Of a DNA stretch of 64,000 bases, positions 39,279-47,356 are shown piece after piece (positions within the stretch are counted from its first letter, which is position 1; every line of letters starts with the position of its first letter). Made by a program: the position numbers and the translations under genes. Origin of the DNA: a bacterium (GTDB lineage: Bacteria > Electryoneota > Electryoneia > Electryoneales > Electryoneaceae); assembly GCA_963669175.1 (NCBI GenBank), contig OY769902.1, positions 3,360,001 to 3,424,000 on the forward strand. The letters run 5' to 3'. The notes below the pieces were generated by a model that was not told where the DNA came from, did not search any database, and saw only the letters and a list, made by a program, of their open reading frames with translations.

Positions 39279-42248
39279 CTACCGAATTAGCACTGCTCGT
39301 TTTACATCAGACGAAGAATCTGACCGTACCCGGATGAAATACATTCCTGATACAACCGGGATTCCTGTGCAAGATTTTGCGTTCCAGCAGAACCTCTGCA
39401 GGCCGGTTCTTGTCACGTTCATCATGTCTTTGTAAACCAACCTGCCCAGAACATTGAACACTTCCAGCTTGACAACCTTATTCCTGTTCGCTTTGAATTG
39501 AACCAGGAAATTGTCCTGTGAAGGATTGGGATAAATCGTGATATCTATTTCATCAGAAACCCTTCGCAGCGAGTCAGGGATAGCTCCGTAGGGAAATTCA
39601 TAGCGTCCGATGTCAACATAATCGATGAATCCGAATCCACTGTTCGGTACAGCAGGCACATCGACACGTTCCTGCCCGCGTGGATCCCTTTCCGGGTAGG
39701 CTACACCGTACCCGGCATCAATCAGCGGTGATTGCCACAATGGATCCCAGTTGCCGTTCCATGGATCAACGACTTCCGGATCACCGACAACAATATGAGT
39801 TGGTGCATCACTTTCTGTTGAATCGATAAAACAGTAACGGATATCCATTCCGGAGGAATCACTCGGCAGTACATCCTGTTCATTTACATAAAAAGCGCAA
39901 TTTCGAAAAACAGCATTCGCAGTACTACTTTGTTGTAACGATTGAAATACTAGCGCATTGCGATAGAATATTGAATTGTAAACGGTGACGGTATTCGTTG
40001 AATCAAAGGATGATATTCCCTGAGTCATCCCGGTTACTTGCGAACTGGCAACATTAAGCTGGCCCACTACTCCATGTAAGATTATCCCGCTCGCGTAAAT
40101 GCTACCGTTTAATGTCACGTCATCCAGATAAATAGCAGCATTGTCGCCTGTTATTTCGATGCAGTTGCCATTACTTGTTACTATGCTACTGTGGGCAAAG
40201 TCGAGGGTACAATTATCACCGGGGATTGAAATCAGAGAGATGTTATTACTGGCCGTCTCTGATGTAATTGTAGAATGTCGGACTGAAAGTTCTGACTCGT
40301 CGTCCTGTACAATGATTGCGGTATTTGAAGTGTAGATGTCGCACAGGGTCAAAGTCAGCGAGGCGTTATCCAATCGGAAAAGTGTATCAGTATGCGAAAG
40401 GGTTGTATTCTCAAATGTCATTGCTGCATGATCACTTCCTTCGAATCGGATACTGGTTTCTCCAGATTCACGAATCGCTGTATTTCTTATGGTTAAACAT
40501 GCATCGGGTCCGAAAGTATGAACCCGGCAATTGCCATTATTGTTGCCGCTCAAGGTTGATATGAACACGCTGTCGGAATTCTGATGCCCGACGTCAAGAA
40601 TCCCATGATTTATAATCACCGCGCCATCCAGGAGGTAAACTCGAACACCGGGTTCAATTATCAGACGTGTTGTCTCTGGAATAGTCAGTGTGTCGGCAAT
40701 CCAGTATAGTTTCTGTAAATCGTTCCAGTGAATATCCCCATCTTCCAGTTGCCCTGAAATGATTTCGCTTTCAAGATAGGATTCTGGCAGAGACAACTTT
40801 CTGAAGTTACGAATACTCCTGGTAGGATTAGTAATTGAGGTATAGGCGACCACATTCCAGAAATAGTCATCTGGCGGCAGGTCTTCCAGCACAACCGTTG
40901 TATCTGTTCCCACATAGTATTCAACAGGATGTAATCGGGTTTCCGTCGTATCAAATGACAATGAATACGTGATTGCTTCGCCGTTGCCACATGTTGTTCT
41001 GAACCAGGAGAAACGTATCCCTTCCGGTGTTACTTCAGCAGGAAGAATGTCAAACGGATAAGGATATTCGTAGTCAGCACGTTCCATAAAATCGGCCCTG
41101 GCCAGCAAACGTGACGTAGTCTGCTGAAGGTTGGAATGGAATTCCTCAATAGAAAACTGATTGTATGTGTCTTCTTCGACAGCGGCAGATAACATCGTGT
41201 CAAGCTGGTTTATTGTTTCCGAGTAATATTCAGTCGTTACGAGTGAATCTGACAAGTTGTCTACATGGCTATAGATAAGATCACGCATTTGCGGATTTAA
41301 CCAGCAGCGCTTTACCAAAGAATTAACATCTTCCATCTTGTAGTGTGCGCTCAGGTAGTAGTAGGGGAGAGAGAAATAAGCGGACCAGTATGTGTTGAAA
41401 GACCGGTCTACATCCCAGGGGATAATGTCCCATTTCCCACCTGGTGACGTGGGATGAACCAGGTAATAGTTATGATAATAGGTTGAAGAATTGCAGACAA
41501 TGGCGCTGATAGCCATGTAACGGGCCAGGTGTTCCCTCTCAAAAACAGTATTCAACTCGTCGAAGAAACGATCTTCCGGTACGGTTTGAATCCAGTCGAT
41601 CAGTTCGTGTAGATCATAGAAACCGGTTGTCTCATTGGTTTTCTTTTCCCACAATGCCTCTACAGGTTCTGTTATTCTAAGCATGGCGCCATCATAAGAA
41701 GCTTTATACAAATTCGAGGTTTCATCAATCCTGTTTGATGCCAGGAAATGCTCATCCACCTGTTCGACATCGAGGTAAAGGCCATGGTATTCGCCATTGA
41801 TATACAAGCGGGCAAACCAGGTTTGTGAAGCAGCCATTCCTGCGCGTCTGAAAAAATCATATGTGAGAAATTCGCGGCTACAGGTGGGGTCAATCCACTG
41901 GGCATTCAGGTTGATCTTGTCGCGCCCATAGAATCGTTCATCCGCATCGAAGTTGATCTTGAAAGATTTCTTATCGAAATCTCTGCTGGAATCGCCACGT
42001 AAACGTAAGCGGGCATTATGCCAGACATGGCCTTCATAGACAAGCTCGCAGGCAATATAGATATCTTCATATTTATGCTGGAGGATATAGTCAAGTGAGT
42101 CTGGATCGCAGGCTACGTAATAGGAACGTAGCGGCGGTACTTCTGCGTTGGCAGACAGAGCAATAACGGCAAGCAGCATGGATACGATACAAGTATACCA
42201 GGATTGCTTGTAGCGTTGAAAAAGGAAGAGGCGATTGCAGATCTTCAC
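39279..42248 (-). CDS. CotH-family secreted kinase with beta-helix region and C-terminal sorting domain
   Basis: RLRGDSSR...KKSFKINF, GLYLDVEQVD, HNYYL, IPWDVD; YPNPS...SGMYF. Confidence 0.85.
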   Translation of the reverse strand: MKICNRLFLFQRYKQSWYTCIVSMLLAVIALSANAEVPPLRSYYVACDPDSLDYILQHKYEDIYIACELVYEGHVWHNARLRLRGDSSRDFDKKSFKINFDADERFYGRDKINLNAQWIDPTCSREFLTYDFFRRAGMAASQTWFARLYINGEYHGLYLDVEQVDEHFLASNRIDETSNLYKASYDGAMLRITEPVEALWEKKTNETTGFYDLHELIDWIQTVPEDRFFDELNTVFEREHLARYMAISAIVCNSSTYYHNYYLVHPTSPGGKWDIIPWDVDRSFNTYWSAYFSLPYYYLSAHYKMEDVNSLVKRCWLNPQMRDLIYSHVDNLSDSLVTTEYYSETINQLDTMLSAAVEEDTYNQFSIEEFHSNLQQTTSRLLARADFMERADYEYPYPFDILPAEVTPEGIRFSWFRTTCGNGEAITYSLSFDTTETRLHPVEYYVGTDTTVVLEDLPPDDYFWNVVAYTSITNPTRSIRNFRKLSLPESYLESEIISGQLEDGDIHWNDLQKLYWIADTLTIPETTRLIIEPGVRVYLLDGAVIINHGILDVGHQNSDSVFISTLSGNNNGNCRVHTFGPDACLTIRNTAIRESGETSIRFEGSDHAAMTFENTTLSHTDTLFRLDNASLTLTLCDIYTSNTAIIVQDDESELSVRHSTITSETASNNISLISIPGDNCTLDFAHSSIVTSNGNCIEITGDNAAIYLDDVTLNGSIYASGIILHGVVGQLNVASSQVTGMTQGISSFDSTNTVTVYNSIFYRNALVFQSLQQSSTANAVFRNCAFYVNEQDVLPSDSSGMDIRYCFIDSTESDAPTHIVVGDPEVVDPWNGNWDPLWQSPLIDAGYGVAYPERDPRGQERVDVPAVPNSGFGFIDYVDIGRYEFPYGAIPDSLRRVSDEIDITIYPNPSQDNFLVQFKANRNKVVKLEVFNVLGRLVYKDMMNVTRTGLQRFCWNAKSCTGIPVVSGMYFIRVRSDSSSDVKRAVLIR

Positions 42249-44953
42249 TTCAATAACACCACTGGTTTGACAGCAGTTTTAAATGGATAAACCAACTGGA
42301 GGAAGTATACGCCACTACTGATTTCTCCAGCACAAGCATCGTCAAATCGCCAAAGCGCCCTGTGATACCCGGCGCTATGAAAGACCATCTCAAAGGTATC
42401 AACTTCCTGTCCCAGGATATTATATAACACCAAAGATACTTTGCCTGCCGATGGCACATCAATGGAAATAGTCAATTCAGAATTAAAGGGATTCGGGTAG
42501 ACATTACCAATATTCCATTGATCTGGTATCTCTGGCACAGTCGTATCAGGGGGAACCTTGGAATTTGTAGTCCCTGGTGTTCCTAAAGGATATGTGTTCA
42601 GGCAAGCATCCCAGTTATCAGCGCCCGCGTTGGGTAATGATAGCCCATGGAGTTCGAGCGTTGGCCCCTGTCCGTCTGCTTGTACAGGCCAGGGGGTGTG
42701 ATCGGAATAGCGTACCAGGTCAACCATATTGCCTGCTGTATCATACAAGACAATATCATCGCCATTATTGCCCAGGCCAAATCCAAGGTCGCCAATGACG
42801 TTGTCTATCATAGGAAAAATATGTTTGAATTGTTGAATGTCTTCCGCGATAACAAGATATCCATTGTGCCGGGCCATAAGTTCATCAGCGTTGTCAGGAA
42901 TAACCATGATATGATCAAGCTGCTCATCACGGATTGTCCAACCGGCAATAGAAGTGCCCGGGTATCGTGAAGCCAGCTCTATCCAATCGCCAGGGTTCTG
43001 CCCCGATTTGCCGTTATAGTTAAACTCGTTGATAACAACTTTACCAACGTACTCATTCTCGTACTGATAGTGAATGTTGTCTGAATCGAGGGTTTTTCCG
43101 CTGGAGGTACTCAGGAATAACGAGTCCTGTTGTGAAATGAGGAAAAATCTTCCAGTGAAACGTCGCCACGGCGCCCGCGCCTGTTCAAGATCAGGCCTGT
43201 TGCTGATGAAAAGTGTATCGCCCGGTTCAAGAAGATCCTCTTCAAAAAAGGTGTATTTATGGTAATCTTGAGAACCGGAAAGGTTGCATCCATTGATGTC
43301 AAGATTGCAAGTCGCCGTGTTCACGATTGCAATGACTGTAGAGTTTGAACCGGAATCCAGCCAGTACGGGCCTAATTCCAGGTCGCCAGCAGATGGTGCA
43401 GCTACAGTGTCTCGTATTGTGGGGAGCTGCGGAAGAATTTGCAGGTAGTCATACTTGCCACTGGATGGATAAGGGAAATTATAGCGATAATTCTGGCTGG
43501 ATAGAAAACAATAGTAATACGGCAATTCCATGCTATCAATTGCTACTGTGATAGTGAACCAGTTGTCATTTGCAACAAAATCACCATGTGTTCCGTTGTC
43601 AAACATCCCGAAGAAATGTTCATTTCCCTGGGCATCGCCCATCCACAACGACATCAATCCTGAAGGTTCGGCAACATGCGCCTTGAACGTATTCGTTTCG
43701 CTGTTGGAGGACATGTAGTCATGCTCAACCGAGAAGGCATCTACTTTTCCACGGCCACCCAGCGTATACGTTTGCAGAAATGCGCCGCGTTCCTGGAGAA
43801 ATACATGAATTGAATCACCTTCGCCCCAGAAAGCCTCCATGGTATTTTCACGCGCTTCATCAAAGGAAACGTCATTGGCAATTCGAGCGAGTTCATCGTC
43901 CAATTGGTCTTCAAGCCAGGGAAATGCGTTTGTTGCAATTGAACGTAACCGTGCATTTATCTCTTCCAGGAAAGACTCATTCTCCACCAGACGAACGAAT
44001 ATTGTGCTGTACCTGATCAGGTACGGAATTATTATAGTAGAATTGTCTTCCTTCCATAACCCCTCCCAGTCGAACCCCAGCGAGGCATCTGCATCCCAGA
44101 GAACATATCCGTACCTGCCATCCGGATTCTCGAACAGGATGAAATTCTTTGTGTACCCATCATCATTTGTTATAGCAAGATTTAACGCGTAAAACTGAAT
44201 TGTCTGGTGAATATCAAACATCCTTGGAAGTTGGACTGCACATTCCTGCGGGCTTGCCCATTGCAGAATGTCGGTTCTTACACGAAACGTGTCCAGCTCT
44301 TCCTGGGTTGCCTGCTTGATTTGATATGCCAGATCAAGATTTTCCTGGTTCATCAGGGGCGTCAGTCGACCGGCGTGATGGATGCTTTTAAGTCGTAACC
44401 CTTCTGTGCTGAGATTTCTTTTCTCAAAGAAATAGTCATCGATATTCTCTACTTCTGTGAATACCCCCATGAATTCGTCATTAATGAAGAGTGAGATATG
44501 CCTTACCTCTGGTGCAGGCAGCCCGATATAATCAGCAAGTTTCATCGCAAGAAAGTTCCTGCAAAGAGTAGCATCACGAAAATCAGCGTTCAAGTTAGTA
44601 TTTTTTATTCCATTGGGGCCACATGTGGCAAACTCAAACTCCCATGATTTTTTCGGCCGATATCGTGCAGAAGCGCCACGAAGCGACAGGTGACCTTCGT
44701 AAGTGACGCCTCCGTATATCAGTTCTGCGGCAATCTCGATTTCGTCGCAATTGTTTTCCAGTACAGAATCTACTGCTGCAGCATCGGCATAAACCTGGTA
44801 CACGGGAAGTGTCAGCACGGATGGGTCCGGATCGGCAATGGCGCAAGGGACCAGGATCGTTACGAGAAAAATCAGTGGAAGCAGCAAAATCATGGAAAAG
44901 ACAATACCTTTGAAGTTGACAAGAACACCGGCGTAGAATATCCATTCGTTCAT
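42245..44953 (-). CDS. CotH-family kinase with lamin-tail domain and C-terminal sorting domain
   Basis: SLRGASAR..PKKSW, GVFTEVEN, KNF, WDADASLG; INEFNY...DWIE; YPNPFN. Confidence 0.85.
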   Translation of the reverse strand: MNEWIFYAGVLVNFKGIVFSMILLLPLIFLVTILVPCAIADPDPSVLTLPVYQVYADAAAVDSVLENNCDEIEIAAELIYGGVTYEGHLSLRGASARYRPKKSWEFEFATCGPNGIKNTNLNADFRDATLCRNFLAMKLADYIGLPAPEVRHISLFINDEFMGVFTEVENIDDYFFEKRNLSTEGLRLKSIHHAGRLTPLMNQENLDLAYQIKQATQEELDTFRVRTDILQWASPQECAVQLPRMFDIHQTIQFYALNLAITNDDGYTKNFILFENPDGRYGYVLWDADASLGFDWEGLWKEDNSTIIIPYLIRYSTIFVRLVENESFLEEINARLRSIATNAFPWLEDQLDDELARIANDVSFDEARENTMEAFWGEGDSIHVFLQERGAFLQTYTLGGRGKVDAFSVEHDYMSSNSETNTFKAHVAEPSGLMSLWMGDAQGNEHFFGMFDNGTHGDFVANDNWFTITVAIDSMELPYYYCFLSSQNYRYNFPYPSSGKYDYLQILPQLPTIRDTVAAPSAGDLELGPYWLDSGSNSTVIAIVNTATCNLDINGCNLSGSQDYHKYTFFEEDLLEPGDTLFISNRPDLEQARAPWRRFTGRFFLISQQDSLFLSTSSGKTLDSDNIHYQYENEYVGKVVINEFNYNGKSGQNPGDWIELASRYPGTSIAGWTIRDEQLDHIMVIPDNADELMARHNGYLVIAEDIQQFKHIFPMIDNVIGDLGFGLGNNGDDIVLYDTAGNMVDLVRYSDHTPWPVQADGQGPTLELHGLSLPNAGADNWDACLNTYPLGTPGTTNSKVPPDTTVPEIPDQWNIGNVYPNPFNSELTISIDVPSAGKVSLVLYNILGQEVDTFEMVFHSAGYHRALWRFDDACAGEISSGVYFLQLVYPFKTAVKPVVLLK

Positions 44954-45244
44954 CGTTTAACGAATGAAACTTGTGGCTTTTGGGAACAGGTTAATCCTCA
45001 CGAAAAATGAAAACCCGACTTCTCCAATATAGACACCATTTTCTGGGGAGTTCAAGACAGGGGAATCTCTGCGTTTGACTGGAATTGCGGGATAATCGCG
45101 ATTCGTTTTTGTGGTGTAATGTCGTCATGCGATCGCTTCCCGATGAAAATGTCAATGCTCCGGCTTGTGGGAAGATTGTAAATTTTGAATATCTATTAAA
45201 TGATCTGCTCACAAGAATTTGTGCATATTATCGACGAGCACGTT

Positions 45245-45367
45245 TCGTCAGGTCTTGACGTGATGCCTTTTTCTTGTTCTTCTCCGCAATTTCAGACACC
45301 TGTCCGACTTCACAGTTGCTATTTCGCATGATAGATCGTCATCAGGCATCACATTGTGACCTGACGA
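45245..45367 (+). repeat. Hairpin element copy A
   Basis: tcgtcaggtc-ttga-cgtgatgcct ... aggcatcaca-ttgt-gacctgacga. Confidence 0.75.
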
Positions 45368-45387
45368 CAGAGAGAGTGCTGATACCG

Positions 45388-45498
45388 GTGGCAGGTCACA
45401 ACGCGACAATAACAGGATGAGAGGTGGTTTCAGTATCATGTGCATTCAGAAATACATTGCGAAAGCCGAAAACGGAATGTCGCGTCAAGACCTGCCAC
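45388..45498 (-). repeat. Hairpin element copy B (inverted relative to A)
   Basis: gtggcaggtc-acaa-cgcgaca ... tgtcgcg-tcaa-gacctgccac. Confidence 0.75.
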
Positions 45499-45603
45499 AA
45501 CTTTGCCCGGATGCACAAATTCTTGCGAGGAACCATAAAATATTCGTGTTACAGTCTATTTACTATTAGGAAATATTTCCGGTAGGTTTTCAGTTGATAG
45601 TGG

Positions 45604-46434
45604 TTACTTTTTCTTGTCCTTTTTCGTTGTATCTTTTTGTTTATCTTTAGGTTTAAGGTCAGGATGATACTGCATCACCAGTTTCTGATATTGGACCACT
45701 GTACTACGTCCGAGTCCGGTAGTACGCACAATTTCCATCAGATTAAGTTCTTTGACCATCAGGAACTTGATGTTTTTGTAAGATCGCAAGTAACGACCCA
45801 CCGCTTCAAGGGTATGCGTGGTCAAGCGAGCGATATCCGGTTCCGGATAGCCCTGTTCGTACAGGTCAATGATTGCGGCCTTGTGTGTGGGACGGCTCCC
45901 CTGGTCCAACATGATTCCTTTCGTCGGCAGGATATCATCATGCGTTTCGTGATACTGTTGGATGTACTTGCCAATGGTCGTCAGCGACCGGTTCAACAAC
46001 ACACTCAATTCCGCGCCGCTTAATAACCCGCCTTGTTCGTACGCGCTTTTCACCAACCGCGCCAGCACTGCAATATCCCTGTCGCGCTGTTTGCCCGCAC
46101 CGTCTTTTCCATAGTGGCGACGAATACGATCAACCACATCTTCTTCTGTGACAAGCGGAAGAATGACGGTCTTCACCTCATAGTCTTCTACCCGTGTCCC
46201 ATAGCTGGGCTTGTGGCACTGTGCACCTGTCGTACGCCACACAATACTGCCACCGCTGCGTTGCTCGATATCCGGATAGAACTCACGGTGCAGTTGCATG
46301 ATGTCATCCGCCACCATGGCCAAGACCTTGTGGCTGCCAAGAATCTTGTACTGCTCTTCCAACAACCGGATGATCGCAGTGCGAAAGTTCCGCTTCGGCA
46401 GGGATTCATAACGGTTCCGTACCTCAGTTTTCAT
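45604..46434 (-). CDS. DUF1670-like multi-HTH protein (second gene of the element)
   Basis: AYEQGGLLS..ELS.LL, LPTKG...DQG...THK, IARLTTHTLEAVGRY; GGAGG RBS before ATG 46434. Confidence 0.8.
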   Translation of the reverse strand: MKTEVRNRYESLPKRNFRTAIIRLLEEQYKILGSHKVLAMVADDIMQLHREFYPDIEQRSGGSIVWRTTGAQCHKPSYGTRVEDYEVKTVILPLVTEEDVVDRIRRHYGKDGAGKQRDRDIAVLARLVKSAYEQGGLLSGAELSVLLNRSLTTIGKYIQQYHETHDDILPTKGIMLDQGSRPTHKAAIIDLYEQGYPEPDIARLTTHTLEAVGRYLRSYKNIKFLMVKELNLMEIVRTTGLGRSTVVQYQKLVMQYHPDLKPKDKQKDTTKKDKKK

Positions 46435-47257
46435 GGACGCCTCCGCCACCTTGTCCCGCTCTTTTTTTTGAGGGATACTGTGCTTGCAACTGCTCCAGAA
46501 GTTCGACATAGCTTGTCGGCCAGTGATCACCCTGTTTGTATTTCGCAAACAGATCCAGGTACTCACCCGTCAACCGTTCGCTCTGTTGAAGCAGACGGCT
46601 CAGGTCGGTCAGCTCGGTAATGTCATGGCTAAGCAGAAGCAACAAGCGTCCAAACGTACTCACATAGCGCTTGATCGCAAACGCGCTGTGACGTGTCAGA
46701 CGGATGATCTCATCATAGGTCCGGCCACCCAGGTACAAATCAACGATCCGTGCCTTGTGCGATAACCCACGCCCAATGTCATGGTCGTAGCCACGCGTAT
46801 GCACCGTATTCCCGTCAGCAAGCAGCAACGCAATATCCTTGCGGATGGTCCGATCTGAAACGTGCAGCAGACGACTCAGATCCTCCTGTGTCAGCAACCC
46901 ACCCTGCTGGTACGTCTCTTCGGTTAGCCGAAGAATCCGTTGCTGACGAAGCGATGAAGCGCCCAGTTCGCGCAGAACATCCAAGTCCTCAACACCGTCA
47001 TCCAGTGTCAGTTCGACACGAATCAGGTCTTGTTCGCGTAAGGGACGACCGTGACGAGCTTTCTTGGACGCACATAAAAAACGAAGCTTGCCAAGCGTTG
47101 ACGGCATCGTACCGAACAAACAACGCTTGGCAAGCTCCAATATCCCCGTACTCGCAGCCGGTGAAAGCTCAAACTCGCGACGAAGCGAGTTCACAAACAC
47201 CTGCTCCGGCGTCTTCTCCATACACCGGTCATACAGGCTCGTTGAAGTATGTAACAT
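46424..47257 (-). CDS. DUF1670-like multi-HTH protein (first gene of the element)
   Basis: YQQGGLLTQEDLSRLL..S.RTI..DI, TRG...DIGRG.SHK, TRHS..AI.RY; GGAGG RBS before ATG 47257. Confidence 0.8.
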   Translation of the reverse strand: MLHTSTSLYDRCMEKTPEQVFVNSLRREFELSPAASTGILELAKRCLFGTMPSTLGKLRFLCASKKARHGRPLREQDLIRVELTLDDGVEDLDVLRELGASSLRQQRILRLTEETYQQGGLLTQEDLSRLLHVSDRTIRKDIALLLADGNTVHTRGYDHDIGRGLSHKARIVDLYLGGRTYDEIIRLTRHSAFAIKRYVSTFGRLLLLLSHDITELTDLSRLLQQSERLTGEYLDLFAKYKQGDHWPTSYVELLEQLQAQYPSKKRAGQGGGGVHEN

Positions 47258-47356
47258 CTTGTCCTCCAGCATGTTACGCGATCGCTTCCGATTGCCAACC
47301 CGAATACAAAGGTCGCAAACAAGAAGCAAATCGCCAAACCTACCGGAAGTATTTCC

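Larger units (their letters stand above)
45569..47356 (-). mobile_element. IS-like element of 1788 bp carrying two DUF1670-like genes; 21-bp TIRs; TTA target duplication
   Basis: GGAAATATTTCCGGTAGGTTT (45569-45589) vs AAACCTACCGGAAGTATTTCC (47336-47356), 20/21 match; TTA at 45566-45568 and 47357-47359. Confidence 0.85.
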
